A stretch of 63,249 bases of DNA, filler included, from Globobulimina sp. (Eukaryota), in NCBI GenBank assembly GCA_003354225.1. It is 28 parts of 28 records of this genome, joined end to end, with 100 filler letters (N's around TTAATTAATTAA, not from the genome) between each part and the next. Parts side by side here need not be neighbours in the genome. Positions count along the whole stretch, not along the records: positions 47,521 to 49,682 come from PIVH01008531.1; positions 49,783 to 51,944 come from PIVH01008532.1; positions 52,045 to 54,205 come from PIVH01008533.1; positions 54,306 to 56,466 come from PIVH01008534.1; positions 56,567 to 58,727 come from PIVH01008535.1; positions 58,828 to 60,988 come from PIVH01008536.1; 22 more parts are not named here. One strand, given 5' to 3'. Positions 48,630 through 58,828 of this stretch are shown here, piece after piece. The translations under genes and the position numbers were made by a program. How positions within the stretch are numbered: the stretch's first letter is position 1; each line of letters opens with the position of its first letter. Below the pieces are notes generated by a model. The model worked only from the letters and a program-made list of their open reading frames with translations. It searched no databases and had not been told where the DNA came from.

Positions 48630-49609
48630 TTAATTGCCAAGTCCGATAACACCACAAGCAACTCTCGAGCCAGCATGTCCAGTGGTTAACGAGTCATTAA
48701 ATCCACCTTTCCCTAAATCATCTTCATCCGCATGTACCACCACCGATCGGCCAACCACAGAATTATAACCATTCAACTGCACCAACTCATCAATAATTTC
48801 ACAATTCGCCACACCTTTATCATTGGCAATGATATTCCCTAAATCGCCCACATGGCGGACTGCATCCTTTGGCCCTGCATGCGTTTTCTTGAATGGATTA
48901 TAATGTCCTTTCGCAGTCTTACAGCCACCGCTTAAATCCCCCAACTCATGAATATGAAATCCATGCTTCCCAGGCGACAGTCCCTTAACCACCGCAGTGA
49001 TCTTTGTCTTTCCCCCAAAATCTTCAAATATCACGGTCCCATTCACGCCACTCCCGCCGTCTGCATTTAATATACACACCGCCCGCGACACAGCTCCCCC
49101 TCCACCGACATCGCTCACTTTCCTGCCGCCATAAGTCACCACTTTCACACTCTTTTTTTTCGCATCATCTTTATAATCAGCCCTTCTTTGCATGAATCTG
49201 CCATTGAACTCAGCAATTATTGCAATCTTCTTCATGCCATCAATGTACGCCTCTAATTTGGGGAAATTTTGCGTGAAATAATCCTTTGGAATATGGTCCC
49301 AAAAGCCAGAGACTAACGTCGTTAAACCACCATAAAATCGGAGGTCCGCAATGGTCAATGAATCACCTACAATAAAACCATTGGAATGGCCTCTTTTTTC
49401 ATTCTCTTCCAACCGTAATACAAATTTATTTAACCAGTACGGTAAGGCGCCATCTTTGGCGATTACAGCTTCGCGCATTGTTTTTTGCTTTGCTTTGTCT
49501 TTCTCGCCTTTGAAGCTTAATACTTGCATGGCATCGCCTACTGAGTCTAATATTTCATCCACGAAGGCGGCGTGTAATATATTGGAGGGGTATAATCCAG
49601 TCAACTTTG
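48630..49609 (-). CDS. Glutathione S-transferase (sigma-like) C-domain fused to Cu/Zn superoxide dismutase; last exon
   Basis: KLTGLYP...VDEILD...[12 protein letters not shown]...FPKL (GST); [51 protein letters not shown] (all SOD1 ligands); acceptor CATAG at 49610. Confidence 0.92.
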
Positions 49610-49628
49610 CTATGATTATATGTTATTT

Positions 49629-49632
<4 letters not shown>

Positions 49633-49662
<30 letters not shown>
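49633..49662. repeat. (GA)15 microsatellite inside the GST-SOD intron
   Basis: Direct read. Confidence 0.95.
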
Positions 49663-49665
<3 letters not shown>

Positions 49666-49782
49666 CGAGGATGTATAATCTGNNNNNNNNNNNNNNNNNN
49701 NNNNNNNNNNNNNNNNNNNNNNNNNNTTAATTAATTAANNNNNNNNNNNNNNNNNNNNNNNNNNNNNNNNNNNNNNNNNNNN

Positions 49783-50855
49783 CATAATTTTCCTTTTTTT
49801 GTGAGTACAGATAATGTATCTTTTGTTTTATGTGAATCTCCAAATGCCATAGAAACAAAACAAGCATTTGCAAATATTCCTAATTTAAATGTGATTTTTC
49901 TCTGTAATTAAAATCAAAATTAAAAACGGAAAAAAAAGGAAAAATAAATTGTACCAAAGTAGAAGAAGTATTTGGTGCGTTTGCAATGCTTGCAATTGGT
50001 GCTTGATTCTTATTTTTTTTTTTATTTTTATATTTTCCGAATTTGAATTTTTGTCTTATAACATCAATGTTATTAGTCTGAGTTTGAAGGTTATTATCAA
50101 TTAATCGCCAAATGGATAAATGTCTGTTTCCTGAAGATATAAATATATTTTTATCAAACCATAAAACATCAAATAACTGTGTTTCTGTCTTGTCATTAAA
50201 ATTTGGTGAATAATTTGTAGTGTGTAGATATCCGATAATATCTAAACTGATACATTGTGCGTTTAAAGTCTTATTATTTTTATTTTCATTTTCATTTTGA
50301 TTTTGTAACAATGAATTTAATGATAATTTATGTATTTCATCAAAATTAATTTGAATTACATACAATTCATTCTTTGTAAATATAATCATTTTGTCTTCAT
50401 TTATTACGATTGATTGGGTGAGTGACGTAAATTGGGTTTTTCCTTCATTTTGCAATTGCTGATTATTGAAAGGATTATTGAGAGTAATTTTGTATTTGTA
50501 TTGGTTTTCAATCACAATGCAACTGATCAATGGTTCAAATGAATTCGAATCTATTTCATACTGTATATGATATGAACTTATTGTTGTTGACAACATATAT
50601 TTATTGTACGTGTAATGTAATGATAACTTGTATGGTAAACATATACTTGTAATTATTTGTCAGAGCAAAACATTTTATCGGAAATGAGTTATAGTTTGTT
50701 GAAATATGTCTGATTATCTTTGCTGTTCGAATGTTTAATACATTAATCACTGATCCAGATGATAAATACACTTCATTCTGGCTTTCATTCCATTCACAAT
50801 TGCCACGAGAATTGATTGTTATGCCATGAACGTACTGGAGTTGCAACAGTTTCAT
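49783..50855 (-). CDS. WD40/beta-propeller protein N-terminus (WDR90/EML-like), multi-exon, 3'-partial
   Basis: LQLQYVHG...VYLSSGSVINVLN; IKCFALT; FISSGNRHLSIWRL. Confidence 0.6.
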
Positions 50856-50998
50856 TTGTTTTTGACAGAAAGAGCGTGGCCCAAGGTCGTTTGCCGAAAT
50901 CAGTATGCATAATTTACTGTATATGACAAAATCTACTTTTTAAGGACATTCATTTAACGATATATTGAGTGATTAAAATGATCTCGTTTGTTGCAAAA

Positions 50999-51072
50999 AA
51001 ATGACGGTCATTTTATTTAAAAAAAAAATGAGGGTCATTATTGTATACAAAAAGCACAAATGACGGTCATTT
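50999..51072. promoter_or_regulatory. Three copies of palindromic AAATGAC-G-GTCATTT in a divergent intergenic region
   Basis: Copies at 50999-51013, 51026-51039 (variant) and 51058-51072. Confidence 0.45.
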
Positions 51073-51190
51073 TGTTAAAAAAAAGAACACACTTGAAATA
51101 TCTGAAGTAGATACTAGTTTCCGTTTTTGAGTCCATGTACAGTGATTCTCGTTGACGAAGTACGCAAACTGCTATCATTAATTGTGTGTA

Positions 51191-51771
51191 ATGAAATTAC
51201 ATTTGTTGGTTTTATTATGCATTTTAAACCGGTGTCATTGCAGCATAGAAATTCATTGTATCCCTGTCAGGGCCTCTAAAGCCCAAAAATATTGTGGATT
51301 AACAAATAAACAACTGGCAGTATCAGACAATGAAGATGCTATACAATTATGTCTAGAAAAATCGGAAACCAAACAAGTTTGTATTGAATATTAATTCAAT
51401 TTATTATATTACATTATGTATACTGTATACAGTGCATTGTTGAAGATGTTGATACAGGAAAAGCAGCGATATTGGATGCTACAACTAAACAAATTGAAGA
51501 AGCTATTGGCAAATGTTCTGGGCCGGTTATTTGTGTATCGCCAGCAGCTAATTATAATGCTGATGATATGCCGCAATACGAAGATGAATATAATGGTATT
51601 GATGTGAATGAATACTATGGCTTTGATCCTGAATTAGTTTGCATGAAATATCAATATTATGTTGCAATATCCACACTGATCATGGTTTGCTTTGCAACAT
51701 TTATTTGTCTGACAGTTATCATTCTAAATAAAATAAAGGACCATCAGACCATGGTTCATATCAGAATTTGA
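51191..51771 (+). CDS. Small Cys-containing type I membrane protein, 2 exons
   Basis: Signal peptide MKLHLLVLLCIL; intron 51377-51432; C-terminal TM segment. Confidence 0.65.
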
Positions 51772-52268
51772 GCAAAAATATAAAACAAGCATTATATAAT
51801 TATGCTTTTGTTTTTCATTATTATTTGTTTGTATTGTGATGGTTTCATGTCAAATATTTTTTTTTTGTACAATTTCTCATTTGTTGTGCGTGTCATTTCA
51901 TCAATATCCTTGTACAGAGGTATGTACTTCAACAAATTGCAAGANNNNNNNNNNNNNNNNNNNNNNNNNNNNNNNNNNNNNNNNNNNNTTAATTAATTAA
52001 NNNNNNNNNNNNNNNNNNNNNNNNNNNNNNNNNNNNNNNNNNNNTGGGTTAAATTCATTAATGGAAAACCGATTCAAAGTTGGCAGACTAAAGCGTAAGT
52101 GCCATGTAATTAACTTTGAAAGTATTAGCACTCAGAAAAAACTTAGTTAGCACTAGTCTAATGACGAAAGAGTTAGTGTGGTGATCCCTAATTTTCAAAA
52201 TTTGAAATAAAATAACAAAAAAACTTCCACGTTTTTCATCTCTAACTAACCGTTAGCTGCGTTGAATA

Positions 52269-53935
52269 ATGGCACAGGAAGCGCCTTCCAACGAGCAACC
52301 CAAAGGATACCCAGTTCGTATCTTTGTGTACGATCTATCGCAAGGAATGGCCTCCTCCTTTTCCCAACAATTAATTGGCAAACAAGTCGACGGCATCTGG
52401 CATACATCAATCATCGTCTACGAGAAAGAATATTTCTATGGCGGTGGCATCCAGTCGGACACACCGGGCCAAACCCCCTATGGCACGCCGTTGCGCAGAA
52501 TTGAAATGGGCCACACCAACAAAACCCAAAGCGAATTCCATGCCTATTTAAATAAGGCAGCCCCAAGGTTTTCGCCAGACAAATACGATTTGTTCAAACA
52601 TAATTGCAACACATTTGCGGATGAAGCCATGCAATTTTTAAACGCTCAGCCTATCCCTGAATGTATGCTGCAAATTGCATACTAAATACCCCATCCTTGC
52701 ACTCATATGTTTTTTTTTGTTGTTCTTTGCATGCAGATATTACAGGATTACCTGAAGAGTTTTTAAACTCGCAAGTCGGCCAAATGCTAAAACCAATGAT
52801 TGATAACATGCAGCAAACCGCCATGGCGTCGTATGGCGATTTTGGTGGAATGGGCATTGCCTCCAAACCAAATCTACCGCCAATTAATGCCAAATATGAG
52901 ACGAAAATACATATAAAACAAAAGGAAGAAAAACAAGCACCACCACCACAAGCACGGGTTCATGCGGATGATTTAAGGGCGGTGTTAAATAAATATTATT
53001 GCAAACATAGACATAAAAGCATGAAATTACATGTATTCGACAACGAATTATCGGTGAAAATAACCAATGATGACAAAAATGCGCAATTATACGTGTCAAT
53101 GATCAAACGCAACACGGAGATGGTTAATATTGTACAAGAACAGGGTTTGAATGAAATTATTAAATTTTTGGGTGCCGGGGGCGATAAACCGAAATTAAGT
53201 AATGATACATTTGAGATATTTGACGAGTTATTATTAATGACGGAAGCAAAGTATTTGTTTCCCATCGTTTCATTGTTGAGGTTGTTGTTAATGAATGCAA
53301 TGGTTTGCAGCCGGTATAGTTCGGATTTTATGATTGTGCATCAGATATTGTATAAGATTGGAATACCGTTTGAGTGCTTAAAAGAAGAAAAGGAAGAGAA
53401 AAAGGAGAGTGTTGTGGATGAGGAGATGGATAATATGAATTTAATGGATATTCATTTATTGCAATTTACCACTATTTGTGCAGTGAGTCATTTGTATCCA
53501 GGACATGGGGACAGCGTCAATGTGGAGGATAATTTTATCAATTTAGGGATCAATGCATTGTATGTCAACAATTGCAATGTCCGCTTGGCTGCGGCGAGGT
53601 TGCTATTTAACATTGTTTATGAAATTAAAAGACAGATCATATTGAATGAGAATGCGAATGTGGGAAATGATGGATTAAGTAATAAATTGAAGCAGATTAT
53701 TGATGCGGTTTTTAAGTATTTTAATCTACAAAAAAATAGTAAAACAGAAATACATATCCCGACGTTTTATAGATTGTTATCCATTTTGGGATTGGTGGTT
53801 TATTGTAATACTGATCATGGCAAAGCATTGGATATAAATGCTCATAAAATAAAAGAGATTATTAATAATATAGGTTATGATGATGACAATGATATTAATA
53901 ATCTACAGCATGATATTATTTCTCTTCTTTCCTAA
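52269..53935 (+). CDS. PPPDE/DeSI-1 desumoylase with C-terminal PUL-like helical domain
   Basis: VYDLSQG, GIWHTSI, YDLFKHNCN (His-Cys dyad); intron 52663-52736; LFPIVSLLRL and RLAAARLLFN (PUL-like). Confidence 0.9.
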
Positions 53936-54422
53936 CTCTAGAGTCTACACAACTATTTTAGACAAGCGTTACTGTGTTATGTTGAATTATTTAATTTTTT
54001 TTATCGTCACCAATGACACAGTAACTGCTTTCCCCTTTGTTTTTTTGTTCATCGTTGTACGTTTTGTCCAATGTCCATGCAAAGATCATGCAGCTACCGC
54101 CTAAAGTTATACTAATTGTCAAAATCATTGTCGCTCAGTTTCTTTTCATAATCATTGTCGTTTTTTAGGAATTCCAGGACTTTTAGAACTTTGCGTCTGT
54201 ACAGANNNNNNNNNNNNNNNNNNNNNNNNNNNNNNNNNNNNNNNNNNNNTTAATTAATTAANNNNNNNNNNNNNNNNNNNNNNNNNNNNNNNNNNNNNNN
54301 NNNNNAAAAGCAAAAAGTTAAATGTGACCTATTTTCCTTCCGGAATTTTGGAACTTTGGACTAAAATTGATCATTTCTATTTCATCAAAAAACTAGCATC
54401 AAAGTAGAAAACCTCAGTAACC

Positions 54423-55750
54423 ATGTTACAATCAGCAACTCTTGCAATTGCGTTTTATATTGCCGCAGTCCATGGTCAATGTAACTCATATTATCCAACC
54501 GGATGTACTTCAGAAACCCCAGCGCCCAGTTAAAACCGCATTGTCATCCCCACCAAAACCAAAACACAAATGAAATATTTGCATGCTGTCGATTTAATAG
54601 GTTGCACACCAACACCAGCACCGACGCCGTATCATTGCAACGAAGAAGGGATCCCCATTATTGGTGGCACGCCATGCGTGGATCATGCAGACATATGTGA
54701 TGCCTGTATTAGATCTTGTACCATATCCTATTATTCCACTCTGTCTCCAACCATCCCCACAGCAACAGGTAGCAACATTAATTGTTTTTATATATTCACA
54801 ATACATACAGACACGTACACATACATACAGCCGATGAAATTTTCGACAGCACATCCTGCACAACCGGCGTCTGTACGGCACCGCCCACTGACTCCCCAAT
54901 AATGCCTGGCACGCCAACAGGACCTCCAACTATATCACCTACAAATTTGTGCGATGCATATACTTGTGACCCCACGCAAGCGCCCACTGTGTGGTGCACT
55001 GCGCAGACTGCGCAGCCATATTCTTGTCAGGGCAGTTCATGCACAAACGAACCCGATGAGTGTTCTGCGTGTTGCCGTGCAGACGCTATAAATGTAAATG
55101 ACTTCCAAGGCTTTGCTGATCGACAAAGCATATTTGATGGTACTACTGTAATACCAACCTATCGTTGTAGTGTTGACACTGTCTGTCCTACAATGGATCC
55201 ATCTGTTGCCCCCACACAAAATCCTTCTTCTTCGCCTACAAAAAATCCTTCAGTTCCACCTACAAAAAATCCATCCGAGTCTCCCACTCGAGCTCCAACA
55301 AAAAACCCGTCAAGTGCGCCAACTAAAAATCCTTCAACATCCCCTACTAAAAATCCTTCTGCTTCACCTACGCAAAATCCTTCAACGGCCCCTACCAAAA
55401 ATCCTTCGACATCACCTACAGTAAGGCCTACGAGATCGCCTTTACGTCCTGGACAGACTCATCCTCCTTCAACGCCTCCCACCGGGAATCCAACTGTAAC
55501 GCCTACACAGAATCCGTCTGTATCGCCATCGGGAAATCCAAGTGCAACTCCATCCGGATCACCCACAAATGATCCAAGTACAGCTCCATTGGTGTCGCCT
55601 TCGGAGAGTCCCGCAATGGTACAAGAACCGACAAATGCGCCCAATTGTAGTGGTGGTGGAGAAGGTTGTGATGGTGATGACGGTGATGATGGTGTTGTGC
55701 TTAGTGTTATTGTATCAATTATGTTTGTAATTGTCTTGTTTATATCGTAA
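54423..55750 (+). CDS. Secreted/membrane-anchored Cys-rich protein with PT-repeat stalk, 3 exons
   Basis: Signal peptide; introns 54529-54600 and 54769-54830; 8-aa PTKNPSxx repeats at about 55196-55420; hydrophobic C-terminus. Confidence 0.85.
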
Positions 55751-56101
55751 TTTAATAGAATAATTATGTAAATATAATGTAATATATAATTTATCTTTTG
55801 CATGTTTTTAATATTTTTTATATGTACGTATGGTATTTGTTTTCTTTGTTTGTTTTTTTTTGATTTTTACGTTCATATTAAATTAGTAAGTTTGTTAGCA
55901 AACGTTTTTCCCAAATCTGACTTTATAGCGATGATCAGGAGGTAAGTCCGATTCCATATGGCCCGTAAACAGAGTCAGTTTCAGTGATCATAACTTTGGT
56001 GCACAACTTTTACGCCCCTTTAAGATTACTGAAACACGTATGATTGAATTTTGGAGGGGGGGTTGTTATCTATCTGAATATACAGTGAAGTTATTTTAGG
56101 A

Positions 56102-56466
56102 ATGAAGAAATTAAAGAATGAAGAAATTAAAGCATCAGATGATAATATAATATCAGTTTTAACAGTCAGAAAGCAATCAATAGCGGTTTATGGATACATT
56201 AGAGAATTTTCTGCGCACAATAAACGATTAATCATTCCCAATCCAATATATTCTGTTTGTAACAGATTTTATGTGGAATATAATATTTGTGATAAATGGG
56301 ATAAGCGCATGATTAACATTGGTGGAGAAGAAGGATTGCAAGTAACAGAAACATCCGTTTTTCATGATGAAGGTCAGTATTGCTTTGCAGATGTAAACGA
56401 TGGCTGGCCGTTTTATCATCGCAACGCATACGGAATGCAACGTATTGGCAAATTGAAAAAGCAAAA
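56102..56466 (+). CDS. Hypothetical protein, 3'-partial (VYGYIR...IIP..I...C..FY family)
   Basis: Open frame to contig edge; N-terminal motif typical of an expanded foraminiferal family as I recall it. Confidence 0.55.
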
Positions 56467-56568
56467 NNNNNNNNNNNNNNNNNNNNNNNNNNNNNNNNNN
56501 NNNNNNNNNNTTAATTAATTAANNNNNNNNNNNNNNNNNNNNNNNNNNNNNNNNNNNNNNNNNNNNAT

Positions 56569-58656
56569 ACACCAAGGGGGTGGTTACAGGACAGCGAAGA
56601 GAATGTTGTAGCATCAACACTGAATTCAATCATTAATTTTGGACCAGGATTAGAAGAACCAGAAGATCTGAGAGAACAAAGTCTGCCACTATTTGGGAAT
56701 GCATGGGACCCACCAGACAACAAAAAGACATTTGACGTTACCGGTATGATACTGCATGCAAGTGCACATATAGTTGTTTTTCGGTTATCAGACGGATCAT
56801 GGAAGAGAGTCAGTGCATTAAGTCGTATGAGGGATGATTCGAAACCATACGTCTCAAATATTGGATGGATATCCTATATACAGTACTATCATGGACAGGC
56901 ATTGAATGGAAAAGGGTATTGTTTGAAATGGTTTCCAGCAAAAGCGGAAAAAGCACAATATTGGGGAGGACCAGAACGCGCAACAGTGGATTTTACAAAA
57001 CCTTATGTATCTCAGTTTGTTCGAGATGACAAAGTGATGTTGAGAATACGCATTCAAGAAGAACCCTATGACGTTTGGGACAGCAAAGGATTGCCAGGAA
57101 GACCATTGTTAACACCCAGAGAAATGCATGTGCGATTGTATGCAGAGGCAGGACAATTTACAATTCGAAAACGAATCGAAGAAACCATTGGGGTTGTCAC
57201 CAAGTTTGTCCGATCGAAACCTACACGAACAGCGGATGTACGGTATGAAGGGTATGATACACCAAAGGACTTGATACTATGGGAAGTAGTTTTGGCAACC
57301 AATCAAGGGGAACAAGTATTGATGGAGGTCCGGCCCTGCTACATGTACCCAGAAAGAGAGACCTACAATGCTGACTGTGTTGGAATTGGAGCTTTTGTAT
57401 ACGTATACTACGTACCAGGAAGAAAAGTAAAACAAAGTATACCAAGAGAAAGGAGAGTCGTCAGTGCAGGGAATCAATCTGTTACGGAAAGTGACACATC
57501 GGAAGAAGAAGGCGCCACACCAAAACATCAAATGATCGACATCAAGCCGTATTGTGTCCAATGTGTTGTAGGACCGGAAGCTTGGTTACGCGTACAAGCT
57601 TGGGCAGCACCATCAGAAGCATCGGAAAGAATGATTCCAGCAGTCTGGCGATTCCTGAGACCAAACTTTAAGGTATTTGATTTTTTAATACAAATGTTTG
57701 CACGGGCACAGACATTGCTAGCAGTAAATGAACAACGAATAGAGATGAAACAAGCAGAGAAATTGAGAATTAAAGTCGAAGGGGTAATAACACAGAAATA
57801 CCCAAGTTTAAATGTAAAGACATACATTCCAAGTGCAAAACATTGCCCAAACAAGGAACGACAGAAAATTTTGCAACAATTTGCATTCCACTTGCATCGT
57901 CCCATTACAGTAAAATTGATGAAGGAGACAGGACGTGAAGAGGACGAGCATAGAACATTTGAAATCCTTGAACAAATGCATGGAAAAACAGCATTCGTGA
58001 CCAATTCTGTTCAAGCATATGGTTCGCGTACCGCCGTGGGAGATCCTAATAGCGCTTATTGGAACGACCGGGTATTGGACGTACCAAAGAATTCAAATGT
58101 GTCTACAATACGAACAGCGGGAATGGATCAAGTAGCTGCAGGAAGAGAAATCACTTTGAGTTTGAATGCCAGAGCAGCACTTGTATTTATACAGGCAGCC
58201 AAAGAGAAGAACTCCTTGTTTCTGCACTTGTCACCAGTGCTAAGTAATACGGCTCGAAAGAAGATAATGCAACAAATCAGCGAACAACGAATCGTAGCAA
58301 CAATGCAACCAGCAGGTGATAAAAAGAAAAGAGCCAAGAAAGGAAGAAAGTCGGAGATAACCGGGGTTGCAGATCCAGAAGCCAATGTAAAGAACATGAT
58401 TATTGCTACGTTTTTGGGACAACATTTCCCAGGGAACTTGACAAAATTTCCACAGTTCGCAGGGAAGTACTACTATGATGTGGGCTGGGAAAAGAAAACA
58501 GAAATGACAGACAGCCAAAATCGTCTAATACAAGCAGTATTCCAGATGTGCGAAGACGGACAAACAGCACTACGAGTATGTCTGAATTTGCTAGGACCAC
58601 CAGGTACAGGGAAATCATATGTTCTGTTCCTATTAGCAAAATTGTATTTGGGTTAA
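56569..58656 (+). CDS. Large intronless ORF ending in the start of a Upf1/DNA2-like SF1 helicase
   Basis: Frame open from contig edge; TDSQNRLI (Q motif) and LLGPPGTGKSY (Walker A); TAA at 58654-58656, frame open again to 58727. Confidence 0.7.
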   Translation, partial: TPRGWLQDSEENVVASTLNSIINFGPGLEEPEDLREQSLPLFGNAWDPPDNKKTFDVTGMILHASAHIVVFRLSDGSWKRVSALSRMRDDSKPYVSNIGWISYIQYYHGQALNGKGYCLKWFPAKAEKAQYWGGPERATVDFTKPYVSQFVRDDKVMLRIRIQEEPYDVWDSKGLPGRPLLTPREMHVRLYAEAGQFTIRKRIEETIGVVTKFVRSKPTRTADVRYEGYDTPKDLILWEVVLATNQGEQVLMEVRPCYMYPERETYNADCVGIGAFVYVYYVPGRKVKQSIPRERRVVSAGNQSVTESDTSEEEGATPKHQMIDIKPYCVQCVVGPEAWLRVQAWAAPSEASERMIPAVWRFLRPNFKVFDFLIQMFARAQTLLAVNEQRIEMKQAEKLRIKVEGVITQKYPSLNVKTYIPSAKHCPNKERQKILQQFAFHLHRPITVKLMKETGREEDEHRTFEILEQMHGKTAFVTNSVQAYGSRTAVGDPNSAYWNDRVLDVPKNSNVSTIRTAGMDQVAAGREITLSLNARAALVFIQAAKEKNSLFLHLSPVLSNTARKKIMQQISEQRIVATMQPAGDKKKRAKKGRKSEITGVADPEANVKNMIIATFLGQHFPGNLTKFPQFAGKYYYDVGWEKKTEMTDSQNRLIQAVFQMCEDGQTALRVCLNLLGPPGTGKSYVLFLLAKLYLG

Positions 58657-58828
58657 ACAGCCGATGATTCAGGAATCGTTAGAAGCACAAAGGTGTTGGA
58701 GCGCGAAATTGTAGGAGATCAAGACTTNNNNNNNNNNNNNNNNNNNNNNNNNNNNNNNNNNNNNNNNNNNNTTAATTAATTAANNNNNNNNNNNNNNNNN
58801 NNNNNNNNNNNNNNNNNNNNNNNNNNNC

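Noticed and set aside
55159-55803. Antisense ORFs with GFFVG repeats
   Set aside because: Shadow frames of the PT-repeat gene; the same applies to most short overlapping ORFs in the track
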